From: the human T2T-CHM13v2.0 reference genome, Homo sapiens | Reading direction: 5' to 3' (one strand) | NCBI RefSeq assembly: GCF_009914755.1 | Contig: NC_060928.1 | Length of the DNA: 64,000 bases | Shown here: positions 1 through 11,749 of the stretch, one piece after another | Numbering within the stretch: position 1 is the first letter of the stretch | Layout of the letters: each line of letters opens with the position of its first letter | Notes under the pieces: generated by a model | Database searches by the model: none | What the model was told of the DNA's origin: nothing | Seen by the model: the letters and a program-made list of their open reading frames with translations, nothing else | Position numbers and translations under genes: made by a program

Positions 1-332
1 CACACCACATTACCTTCTTTTCAAGGGCCTGTTTCCCTTGCCTCCATAACCATTGTGGGTATGACAGCCAGGCTTCTAAACCTCTTAAAACTCCCCAACT
101 CTGGTTCCAACTTGGACAACATTCTTTTATGCACTCCTTTTTAGTTATCCCCACATGCCCAGCTACCTTATTAGGTTGAGATATTTTAACTAAATTATCT
201 GCTTCCCTGACTATTCCTGGACTACAGCCACACCTCATTGCTGCCTTTTCCCCCAGTTCAAAGCCTCCCTCACATCCTCCCCTTGTATCTCCCCACCTTA
301 ACCCACAAGTATGGGATACCTCTAGTCCCTCC

Positions 333-896
333 TTGGCAACTGAACATGCATCCCTTACCATCTCATTAAAACCTAATCACCCTTACCCTGCTCAATCCCA
401 ATATTCCATCCCACAGCATGCTTTAAAAGGATCAAAACCTGTTATCACTCGCCTGTTAGAGCATGGCCTTTTAAAGCCTATAAACTCTCCTTACAATTCT
501 CCCATTTTACCTGTCCAAAAACTGGATAAGTCTTACAGGTTAGTTCAGCATCTGTGCCTTATCTACCAAACTGTTTTGCCTATCTACCCCATGGTGCCAA
601 ACCCATATACTCTCTTATCCTCAATACCCTTCACAACCCATTATTCTGTTCTGGATCTCAAACATGCTTTCTTTACTATTCCTTTGTACCCTTCATCACA
701 GCCTCTCTTCGCTTTCACTTGGACTGACCCTGACACCCACCAGGCTCAGCAAATTACCTTGGCTGTACTGCCGCAGTGCTTCATAGACAGCCCCCATTAC
801 TTCAGTCAAGCCCAAATTTCTTCCTCATCTGTTACCTACCTTGGCATAATTCTCATGAAAACACACGTGCTCTCCCTGCTGATCATATCCAGCTAA
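333..896 (+). pseudogene. HERV-H pol fragment (RT N-terminal half, defective)
   Basis: RT motifs are present but the YxDD region is missing: the sequence jumps from HYFSQ to AQISSSSVTYLG, then frameshifts. Confidence 0.85.
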
Positions 897-956
897 TCTC
901 CCAAATCCCAATCGCTTCTACAAAACAGCAACTCCTTTCCTTCCTAGGCATGGTTA

Positions 957-2343
957 TGTGTCCGGAATTGGTGGGTTCTTGGTCTCACTGACTTCAAGAA
1001 TGAAGCCGTGGACCCTCACAGTGAGTGTTACAGCTCTTAAGGTGGCGCGTCTGGAGTCTGTCCCTTCTGATGTTCAGTTGTGTTCGGAGTTTCTTCCTTC
1101 TGGTGGGTTCGTGGTCTCGCTGGCTCAGGAGTGAAGCTGCAGACCCTCGCGGTGTGTGTTACAGCTCTTAAGGCAGCGCGTCTGGAGTTGTTCGTTCCTC
1201 CCGGTGGGCTCGTGGTCTTGCTGGGCTCAGGAGTGAAGCTGCAGATCTTCGTGGTGAGTGTTACAGCTCATAAAAGCAGCGTGGACCCAAGGAGTGAGCA
1301 GTAGCAAGATTTACTGCAAAGAGCGAAAGAACAAAGCTTCCACAGTGTGGAAGGGGACCCGAGCGGGTTGCCAATGCTGGCTCGGGCAGCCTGCTTTTAT
1401 TCTCTTATCTGGCCCCACCCACATCCTGCTGATTGGTAGAGCCGAGTGGCCTGTTTTGTCAGGGCGCTGATTGGTGTGTTTACAATCCCTGAGCTAGATA
1501 CAAAGGTTCTCCAAGTCCCCATCAGATTAGTTAGATACAGAGTTTCCACACATAGGTTCTCCAAGGCCCCACCAGAGCAGCTAGATACAGAGTGTCTATT
1601 GGTGCATTCACAAACCTTGGGCTAAACACAGGGTGCTGATTGGTGTATTTACAATCCCTGAGCTAGATATAAAGACTCTCCACGTCCCCACCAGACTCAG
1701 GAGCCCAGCTGGCTTCACCTAGTGGATCCCACACTGGGGCTGCAGGTGGAGCTGCCTGCCAGTCCCGCGCCATGCGCTCTCATTCCTCAGCCCTTGGGTG
1801 GTAGATAGGACTGGGCGCCGTGGAGCAGGGGGTGGTGCTCGTCGGGGAGGCTCGGGCCGCACAGGAGCCCATGGAGTGGGTGGGAGGCTCAGGCATGGTG
1901 GGCTGCAGGTCCCGAGCCCTGCCCCGTGGGAAGGCAGCTAAGGCCCGGCGAGAAATCGAGCGCAGCGCCGGTGGGCCAGCACTGCTGGGGGACTCAGTAC
2001 ACCCTCCGCAGCCACTGGCCCGGGTGCTAAGTCTGCCATTGCCCGGCGCCAGCAGGGCTGGCTGGCTGCTCCGAGTGTGGGGCCCACCAAGCCCATGCCC
2101 ACCCGGAACTCCAGCTGGCCCGCAAGCGCCGCACACAGCCCCGGTTCCCACTCATGCCTCTCCCTGCACACCTCCCTGCAAGCTGAAGGAGTGGGCTCCG
2201 GCCTTGGCCAGCCCAGAAAGGGGCTCCCACAGTGCAGTGGGGGACTGAAGTGCTCCTCAAATGCCACCAAAGTGGGAGCCCAGGCAGAGGAGGTGCCAAG
2301 AGCAGGCGAGGGCTCTTAGGACTGCCAGCATGCTGTCACCTCT
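957..2343 (-). mobile_element. Solo ERV9 LTR (LTR12C-like), antisense within HERV-H pol
   Basis: Starts tgtgtccggaattggtggg (reverse complement of the LTR12 3' end) and ends gctgtcacctct. Repeated U5 units at 1005-1270, repeated GATA/ATTGG units at 1430-1680, GC-rich block at 1700-2340. 4-bp TSD GTTA at 953-956 and 2344-2347. Confidence 0.95.
1390..1680 (-). promoter_or_regulatory. LTR12 enhancer/core promoter (CCAAT and GATA array, AATAAAA TATA-like box)
   Basis: ATTGG (CCAAT on -) at ~1432, 1470, 1598 and 1639, interleaved with AGATA. Minus strand reads ccaatcagcaggatgtgggtggggccagataagagaataaaag, with AATAAAA at 1395-1401. Activity is inferred from family knowledge only. Confidence 0.7.
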
Positions 2344-2451
2344 GTTAGTACAGTCAGAATTCTTACATGAGAGCCAGGACAGCGCCCTGTAGCCTTTCTG
2401 TCCAAACAACTTGACCTTACTGTTTTAGCCCAGACCTCGTGTCTGCCTGCA

Positions 2452-3279
2452 GTGGCTGCCACTGCTTTAATACTTTTAGAGGCCCTCAAAATCACAAACT
2501 ATGCTCAACTCACTGTCTACAGTTCTCATAACTTCCAAAATCTATTTTCTTCTTCCCACCTGATGCATATACTTTCTGCTCCCTGGCTCCTTCAGCTATA
2601 CTCACTCTTTATTGAGTCTCCCACAGTTACCATTGTTCCTGTCCTGGACTTCAATCCGGCCTTCCACATTATTCCGGATACCACACCTGACCACCATGAC
2701 TGTATCTCTCTGATCCACTTGACATTCACTCCATTTCCCCATATTTCCTTCTTTCCTGTTCCTCACCTTGAACACACTTGGTTTATTGATGGCACTTCCA
2801 CCAGACCTAACTGCCACTCACCAGCAAAGGCAGGCTATGCTATAGTATCTTCCACATCTATCATTGAGGCTACTGCTCTGCCCCGCTCCACTACCTCTCA
2901 ACAAGCCAAACTCATTGCCTATACTGACTCTAAATGTGCCTTCCATATCCTGCACCACCATGCTGTTATATGGGAAGAAAGAAATTTCCTCACTATGCAA
3001 GGGGCCTCCATCATTAATGCTTTTTTAATAAAAACTCTTCTCAAAGACATTTTACTTCCAAAGGAAGCTGGAGTCATTCACTGCAAGGGCCATCAAAAGG
3101 CATCAGATCCTATCACTCAGGACAATGCTTATGCTGATAAGGTAGCTAAAAAGCAGCTAGCGTTCCAACTTCTGTCCCTCACGGCCGTTTTTCTCCTTCT
3201 CATCCGGCCACTCTCACCTACTTCCCCACTAAAACTTCCACTTATCAATCTCTTCCCACACAAGGCAAATGATTCTTAG
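2452..3279 (+). pseudogene. HERV-H pol fragment (connection/RNase H, defective)
   Basis: HTWFIDG...AGYAIV...TTSQQAKLIA|YTDSK (internal deletion)...IHCKGHQ...NAYADKVAK. Confidence 0.85.
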
Positions 3280-3994
3280 ACAAGGAAAAATATCTCCTTC
3301 CAGCCTCACAGGCCCATTCTATTCTGTCATCATTTCATAACCTCTTCCATGTAGGTTACAAGCCACTAGCCTATCTCTTAGAACCTCTCATTTCCTTTCC
3401 ATCCTGGAAATTTGTCCTCAAGGGAATCACTTCTCAGTGTTCCATCTGCTCTTCTACTACTCCTTAGGGATTGTTCAGGACCCCTCCCTTCCCTACACAT
3501 CATGCTCGGGGATTTGCCCCCACCCAGGACTGGCAAATTGACTTAACTCACATGCCTTGAGTCAGAAAACTAAAATACCTCTTGGTCTAGGTAGACACTT
3601 TCACTGGATGGGTAGAGGCCTTTCCCACAGGGTCTGAGAAGGCCACCGTGGTCATTTCTTCCCTTCTGTCAGACATAATTCCTTGGTTTGGCCTTCCCAC
3701 CTCTATACAGTCTGATAACGGACCAGCCTTTATTAGTCAAATCACCCAAGCAGTTTCTCAGGCTCTTGGTATTCAATGAACTAATGATTTTTTAAAAACG
3801 CACCTCACCAAGCTCAGCCAACAACTTAAAAAGGACTGGACAATACTTTTACCACTTTCCCTTCTCAGAATTCAGGCCTATCATTGGAATGCTACAGATT
3901 ACAGCCCATTTGACCTCCTGTATGGACACTCCTTTTTATTAGGCCCCAGTCTCATTCCAGACACCAGCCCAACTTGAACTGCACCCCAAAAACT

Positions 3995-4300
3995 TGGATA
4001 GAGCCTAAAAACTCACCAACCAAGCAAGTAATTATGCTGAACCCCCTTGGGCACTCTCTAATTGGATGTTCTGGGTCCTCCCAATTCTTAGTCCTTTAAT
4101 ACCTGTTTTTCTCCTTCTCTTATTCCGTTTAGTTTTTCAATTCATACAAAACCATATCCAGGCCATCACCAATAATTCTATATGACAAAAGTTTCTTCTA
4201 ACAACCCCACAATATCACCCGTTACAACAAAATCTTCCTTCAGCTTAATCTCTCCCACTCTAGGTTCCCACGCTGCCCCTAATCCCACCTGAAGCAGCCC
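3995..4300 (+). pseudogene. HERV-H env TM C-terminal remnant
   Basis: Translates to ...NYAEPPWALSNWMFWVLPILSPLIPVFLLLLF..., a membrane-anchor-like end of env. The rest of env is deleted. Confidence 0.65.
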
Positions 4301-4409
4301 TGAGAGACATCGCCCATTATCTCTCCATACCACCCCCAAAAATTTTCACCGCCCCAACACTTTACCACTATTTCATTTTATTTTTCTTATTAATATAAGA
4401 CGACAGGAA

Positions 4410-4826
4410 TGTCAGGCCTCTGAGCCCAATCTAAGCCATCATATCCCCTGTGTCCTGCACGTATACATCCAGATGGCCTGTTCCTGCCTTAATGATGACA
4501 TTCCACCACAAAAGAAGTGAACATGGCCTGTTCCTGCCTTAACTGATGACATTACCTTGTGAAATTCCTTCTCCTGGCTCATCTTGGCTCAAAAGCTCCC
4601 TCACTGAGCACCTTGTGACCCCCACCCCTGCCAGCCAGAGAATGACCCCCTTTGACTGTAATTTTTCCTTTACCTACCCAAATCTCATAAAACAGCCCCA
4701 CCCCTACCTCCCTTCGCTGACTCTCTTTTTGGACTCAGCCTGCCCGCACCCAGGTGAAATAAACACCATTGTTGCTCACACAAAGCCTGTCTGGTGGTCT
4801 CTTCACACGGACTCGAGTGAATGACA
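4410..4826 (+). mobile_element. HERV-H 3' LTR (LTR7)
   Basis: Begins tgtcaggcctctgagccca; duplicated atggcctgttcctgccttaa(c)tgatgacatt block; AATAAA at 4758-4763; ends ...ctcttcacacggactcgagtgaa(tgaca). Exact 3' end uncertain by about 5 nt. Confidence 0.95.
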
Positions 4827-5769
4827 CTTCATTTTAATTTTTTTTCCCCATAGTTTCTGAGGGATGGGCTTTACTTCACTGGTACATAGATTTTACAATT
4901 TGATGCAAATGTATACAGACTCTCTGGTGTAAAGAAATTATGTATAAGTGATATTTTAATATGAAATGAAATATTCACATAACATTAAAGAAATAAAAGC
5001 ATTAATCAAATTCTATTAATAAGACTCATGGGAATCTGAGAGTATTTCTGTTTTATGCCAAAAGGCAATTGGTCAATTCACTGAATCTGTTGAAAGTTCA
5101 GATAAACTGTTTCTTCCTTGAAAGTATAAATATCCTGTGATACAGAGAAAAAAAAATGACCAGCCTCGATTTAGAGAATCTGACCAGAATCCATGTCTTC
5201 AAGCAAATAATTGCTTAATGTAATCCAGTACCCTGTCACCCTGTCATAGAAGGAGGTAATATGCTGTAGAATACAATTGCTTTTTTAAAGGTGCTCAACA
5301 CTTTCCCCAAATCATAAATTACAGCTGTCATTTTACTTACAAAGGAGATTTCTAGAAGCAATGAATCTTTATGATAATTACCTGCCTATTCCATTTAATT
5401 AATCATGCAAAATAGAACTGGCTTTGAAAGAAAATGGACCTATGTTGTAATCAGTCTCCTATAGGAACTGGTTGTATAACCTTGGATAAACTGGTTTTTC
5501 CAGGCCTCAATGACCATGTGCCTTATGAGTAAAATGGGCATAAGAATAACACCCTCAACCAATTGTGGGAAATATGAAGTGAGTTTTGAGAACTTGTTTA
5601 GTTTCACTGATAGAAAATCTCAGTATATAGGTTAAAAGAGTGTTAGTTAACGCATGAGTTATTGAAATGGCAATGACCAAATTGAGTTAAGCACCAATCT
5701 CTAAAACAACATGCCACGGTGGCTAGCAAAATGGGTCTGTTTATTTTCTATGCCTGAGTTACATATCTT

Positions 5770-6099
5770 CTATATCACCAGGGTTTATCCAGAGAAGGAT
5801 AACTTCATAACTGCTAGGATATAATTTATCAGGGGTTAGGGATTTGGCTTTGCAGAATTCTTAGAGTGAATAAAGCAATCTTTGTAAAGCTGTTGTCTTT
5901 CTATCTGATGCTGGGGCTTGAAATCCACAGGGCAAGTAGTGAAGAAGGTAAGATGAATGTACAGAGAAGGCAGAAACACACACACGATCCAAGAGCCCAG
6001 GAGGAGAGACTGAAACTCTTGTCAGTCCTTCTTGCCTCTGGTGTTTGGGATATGGGTATACTGTAGAAGCCAGGGGTCTTTCTCACTGTGATAAACACT

Positions 6100-6144
<45 letters not shown>

Positions 6145-6385
6145 ACGAGTTCCAGTGTTAGAAAAACTGAAGGAGAATTCAGCAAAAAGTTGAGCAGTTG
6201 TAAGTCCAATGCTATTCACGAAGTGAATCAGCAAATCAACAATAACGTGTACTAGTTACAAATGGCTGCTGCTTCATTTTTGCCTTCCGAATCTCTCAAG
6301 AATCATGCATGTAGCCACCACAACTGGAAATATTCAGGAAAGATAATTCTGGGAAATGTAGTTTACCGTAGTCAAGCTGACACAT
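5770..6385. mobile_element. Old degraded ERVL/MaLR-class LTR fragment (family unassigned), containing a (CA)n repeat
   Basis: Ends in attctgggaaatgtagttt...aagctgacaca, a motif typical of ancient LTR termini. Highly diverged. Confidence 0.35.
6100..6146 (+). repeat. (CA)n microsatellite
   Basis: About 20 uninterrupted CA units followed by tacacac. Confidence 0.97.
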
Positions 6386-7819
6386 TGCAAAGCCTCCATA
6401 CTGCCTTAGAGCTAGGATGCAAATCAGCTCCATCTTTGGAGGATAGAGAATGAGACCCAGAGAGAATAGGTAATGTGAATACAAATGTGAGAAAGCAAGG
6501 ACATCTCCACTGATCTTTTAAATTGTTCAAGTTTGGGCCTATAACATGGTAAGCACTCGATATTTGTAAAAAAATAACGAAAAGAAACAGAATGAAACCA
6601 TTGATTTAGAAACTTTTAGACAATCTAAAATGTATTTGAAAAAGAATATCATCTACAAACTTATGGGCTTCTTTGCTGTAAGAAATACTGGTCATTGCCA
6701 TGCAGATATGACTGTATCATTACTGTAAACTTTTCAGTGATCCTACTCTAATCCATGTTTTATTTTTGTGGTTCATCATGTGATTTTCCTCATATAATAC
6801 AAAACTTAGCTTCTTGGGATGAAATATAAGGCATGAAATAAAGGATCACACTGAGGTTATTCTTCTCAAATCTCCTGGATACTATGGATAAGCAAAGACA
6901 ATAAGCAATTTTCATAAAATGCTCTGCCCTCTGAATTCCCTCAAGAAAACTGGCATTTCATTTAATGGAAACCTTCTTCATAACCATCCTCCTCCAGTGA
7001 AAGCAGTCATTTGAGACATTAGTGCATGTGTAGGTTCATTATGAAACCTAAACACTTCCATTAGATAAAAGACCTAAAATGATTATGAAAAATGTTCTTT
7101 TTCTTCCAAATTGCTCTAAATCAAACACTCAGTAGTACAATATGTTTTAGGTTAATTAGTTTAATCCAGTTTTAATTAAACTGATGTTTCCATGCCAACA
7201 AATGGTTTTTAAATTGTTGAAATCTTGATGTTTTGGAATATGACTAAAATTAATTACCTAAGAGCATTTGACTCAATTTTTGGAAATGTGTAGTGCACTT
7301 TTAGCATCAATATAGCAATGATTTTAATAATGGCAACAAATTATGATTAAAAACTTTGACAAAATGTTCTATATGGTTTCCATTAATTTCCATATTTTTA
7401 AATGTATTTTTTATGATGCACATATACTACTCAGATTAAATATAATTTAACAACGACAACAACAAAAAATTAGTTACAGAGACACCAACACAGGCACACA
7501 CATGTCAACTCACTATTAGCCCTAAATAAGCCCCATTTCAAAATGTTCAAAGTCTATTTCCTGGTAATATTTGTCTGTGTCTGTACATTCAACTAGAATA
7601 TTAAGATCAATAACAAAATACGTGGTTTTGGCCTAATTTTAAAATTTCAATTCTCTCACTGAGCTGCTTAAAACTGAAGAAAAATTCTCAATATGAGATA
7701 AGGAAAATCATGACTCACCAATGCTAGGAATAGTGATATACCAGCTGAATAAAAATTGTATTTACATTTAAGAATTTAATTTTTATATTTGCATTGCTTT
7801 TTCTTGGAATCGCCTTATT

Positions 7820-8448
7820 TTTGCCAGGACCAAGTTGGCAAATAAAAATTATCTTACTTATTTCAACAGAGATCATTTAATACAGGGAACTTGTTACATA
7901 GGTATTAGAGACCTGAATACATAAAGGGAACCTTGAGTAACTCAGAGATAATAATTGCAGGAACTAGCTCTCATCTCTAGGGCTGGAGAAGAAAGGAATG
8001 AAATTAGGATTAAGTGAACATTAGAAGCTCAGATGAGGGTCCCCACATAGCTGGGGCTCAAAACTCAGAGAAAACAGTGTCACCTGGCTGCTGTTAGTAC
8101 CTCTGAGAGGATGATACGTACTTGGTTCTGGAAGATGCTAGAGGCTGAAATCAAATGACAATGCTTTAGCAAATGGCTGCTGCTGGGCTGAAATGTTGCT
8201 TCTCATAGGGAACCTCGCCAGAATCAGAGCACAAAACAAGAGAACATCCCTTCTTGCCTTTGCCTTCTTTTCAGTCTCCTCTCTGCCTTCTATTGCCTAA
8301 ATCTAATGAGGTTACCGCTAGTTAAAACGAAACAAACAAACAAAAACCCTATGGTTTGTATAGTGTCAGCCATAGCATCACAGAGTGATGGCAAATGTAA
8401 TTAAAGGATGAATTTGAAGCTGTAAAACGACAGGGAAATGACCAGCAT
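7820..8448. mobile_element. Old degraded LTR fragment (family unassigned)
   Basis: tttaatacagggaacttgttacatagg start and ...gggaaatgaccagca end resemble ancient mammalian LTRs. Confidence 0.3.
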
Positions 8449-11150
8449 ATTTAAATCATAATTTCATTTTCTTAGCTGGTCTGTTAACTTATCTCTTGCA
8501 TTAAATGCTTCTGTATTCTTCCTAGACGTTTCCAGTTTGCTTACAATTGTGATATCCTTCTAATTTTCCACTTTACATTGAAGTCCTTGGTCTTTCTCAT
8601 CGAATCAGTGTTTCATAGGCCACCCTTCTATTTCATCAGGTGTTTCTAAACATAAAGGTATTCCAGTATTTTCTATCTTGGAACTGCAGTCTATCTCAAA
8701 TTCTAAAATACAACTGAACTCCCCCAGTTGAAATGATGAGACAGGGAAAGCAGATTTACAGAGGAAAACATCATGACATTTATACTTATCAGAAATCAGG
8801 AATGAGAAGCAAAAAAAAAAATATTGAACACAAACTATGGGTGAGGCATGGTTGCTAGGTTACCTCTCTGATTTGACGAGGTATGTGACAAAACATTTAA
8901 ATTAAAATTTAATTTAAAATTTAAATATCTCCAATTTTAACATAAGGGAAATAGTACACATACTGCTCAAGGAGAATTATGAAAGTGAAGTAAAATCAAA
9001 GTGTAGAACTATGTTGTAAACACTAGGAACCCAATAGAAGTGACAGGTGCACAAAAGCTTCTGTAGAATTGGTACTCAATCTGAAACAATTAACACGGAG
9101 TTACTCACCTGGAAAAAAAAAAAAACCAACTGATTGTCAAATCAATGCCTGGAATTTAGCATATCTGCTGTTGTGACTTTCAGTTTGACTTTCATATTTA
9201 AGGTCGTACTTTCTTTGTGGTAACTTTGATGTGTGGCCCACTTCAATTTACAAAGCCACATAGCTTCACATTTTAGCGCAGTTTCCGTCCAGATGACAAT
9301 GACCTACACTTAGAGGTGTTGTCCAGGAAATCTTGAAGTGAATTTTGCACATACTGTAAGAATCTATTTAACTTAGATTTCTCCAAGCATACCATGAGAA
9401 TTAGGTGAGAGTTCACCTGGCCATTTTTACCTGATAGAGAAATAAACATTCAAATAATATCTGATTTGTTAATATTGATTATGATTTTTAGAGGAGAAAA
9501 AAACCTAGTAGATATTGAGGGGAGGAGAATAAGGGATTAATAGAAGGGAAGAAATAAAATAGTGTAGCTTAATAATAGAATCTTTCCTTGGCATTTTTTA
9601 TAAACCATTGTAGATGGCAACTTCCAAAATAAGAAATCCTGTGACTATTTTTCATGAAGCCTAATGATATTTAATAGTTATTTGGGAAGAAAGATAAACT
9701 TCAACATTGTACACAAGTTACACACTTGTCCCTAAGTTCTGTGTCATAGCAATAGTGTTAACTTCTGTAGGAATAATAATTAAATGGTCAGGATAAAGAA
9801 GAAATCCAGAGAACTTGATTTTAGGGGGAAAAAAACAACTTTATCTCCACATTGCAATTTTTGAGTGCTAAAATGGAGACAGCCACATGAAGGCACTTGG
9901 CATGGGTCACTGGTAAAGCATGCTCATAAGAAAAGATAAGATTAATGTGCTTACTTAAGAGAAGCCTCTCATCTGCAGTGGGCCTGAATATTAATGAACC
10001 TTCAGCTTTGCTTTCTTCATGGGAATATGTTTGCTTGAACAGTTAATTCCACCAGAAATGTAACTTGCATCCTGATTGGTGAGACACTAAAGCGCTAAGT
10101 CAGGGCCATTGCTCTCAATGGAAGCCTTGTCTAAAAAGAAACCACAAAATAGGACAGTGAATATTTGAGAGGGGCTTATGTATAACCACTTCAGGAATAA
10201 GCTGACACATGCCCACAACAAAATTCAGAGTCAAAAATAGAGTCAGATCAGCATTATGCTAAGTCAAATCACTGCAGTGAAATGAGAATAAATAACAATG
10301 TGTTTGGAACAAGATGACTTTAGGGAATCATGGTTTTAGTGAATTGCTCCAGATCACAAAGGCATTTTCATATCATAAATTATGAAATTTAAGTCAAAAT
10401 ATAAGAGCATGTAGAAGTAGAAAAATAATATCTCATATATGAAACACTATGAATTTCCTTATTTTGATTATACAAAAATAAGATTATATTTGAATTTAAT
10501 TGGTGACCTACATATTACCATATTTAAAAAGCCAACTGACGGCAATATCTATTTACTGAGGGAAAAATAAATTAAAATATACTTAATATATTTCCTGTAT
10601 AAGCCTTTTATAATTGAGAAAAAAGTATTTTTTCTCTAGACCTTTATAAAACAAACAAACAAAAAAACAACCACAAATACTTCATGTATCTGCTAAGAGG
10701 TATAGAGAGTTTCTTGGACAATTGAAGTATAATAGTAAACATTACCTTAGAAACTGCATGGATCAACTCTGGTTTGAACCAGTCCTTGCAAAAATATACT
10801 CCAAAGAATGTTAGGACTAAAAGGTGCTTTAAATGCACACATACACACTGAAGTTGTTTAGGATTTATATTTTATCTCCCCTTCATAGAGACTTAAAAAT
10901 GAAAATTAACATTTAGTCCCTGTAAATTCCTAAAGAAGTGTTTAATTTTTTTATTAATTCAGCATTCCAATTTTGCAATGAAAATATTTTTCTCTTAACA
11001 TCTATTAATATCTGTATTTTTAGTATTAAATGTCATACCTGTTAAGAAAAACCAGTTTAACTATTTAGGAGATGGAGTTCTCTAGACTCTCCTGGAAAAC
11101 CTCACAAGTAGTGGTCTTACATGATCGTCTGGAAGCCCATCTCATGAATT

Positions 11151-11241
11151 CATTTGTTTATTTATTTTAACTTTTATTTTAAGTTGAGGGATACATGTGC
11201 AGGTTTGTTACATAGGTAAACTTGTGTTGTGGGAGTTTGTT
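11151..11241 (-). mobile_element. Very short (~90 bp) 5'-truncated L1PA 3' end
   Basis: T-rich tail then aacttttattttaagttgagggatacatgtgcaggtttgttacataggtaaacttgtg. Degenerate TSD catctcatgaatt (11138-11150) vs catctcttgattt (11242-11254), 11/13 identical. Confidence 0.8.
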
Positions 11242-11422
11242 CATCTCTTGATTTTATAGCCACTCTCCTCATTTTAAATTTACTTCGTTTAGTTTTCCAC
11301 AGGTTGAGAAATAATGTACTTTTCTCCCAATTTTATATTCCTCCATATACTTCCTACCCCTTCAGAGTCAGATACATGGTAACAAAAATGTTCACAGAAG
11401 TCATCTTAAAAGCTTATAATCA

Positions 11423-11740
<318 letters not shown>

Positions 11741-11749
11741 TTATGAGCA

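Larger units (their letters stand above)
1..4409 (+). mobile_element. HERV-H internal region (pro-pol with deletions, env remnant); 5' part lies outside the window; interrupted by LTR12C
   Basis: C-rich HERV-H-like sequence. RT motifs in ORF 333-896 (SPYNSPILPV, LDLKHAFFTIPL, FAFTW, LPQ); RNase H motifs in ORF 2452-3279 (WFIDG, YTDSK, IHCKGHQ); integrase-like sequence at ~3500-3930 ([12 protein letters not shown]); purine-rich PPT-like stretch at ~4397-4409. Confidence 0.95.

Noticed and set aside
1080-2319. Seven overlapping ORFs of 70-142 aa on both strands
   Set aside because: All lie in GC-rich LTR12C sequence, which is poor in stop codons; no coding signature.
4895-4910. ACAAT plus octamer ATGCAAAT just downstream of LTR7
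   Set aside because: Not the canonical SOX-OCT orientation or spacing, and octamers recur by chance in this AT-rich window (e.g. ~6417, 30242, 38711).
5901-6234. ORFs with VCVCVC runs
   Set aside because: Translation of the (CA)n microsatellite.
8896-8918. Perfect 11-bp A/T inverted repeat
   Set aside because: Only A and T; expected in low-complexity DNA.
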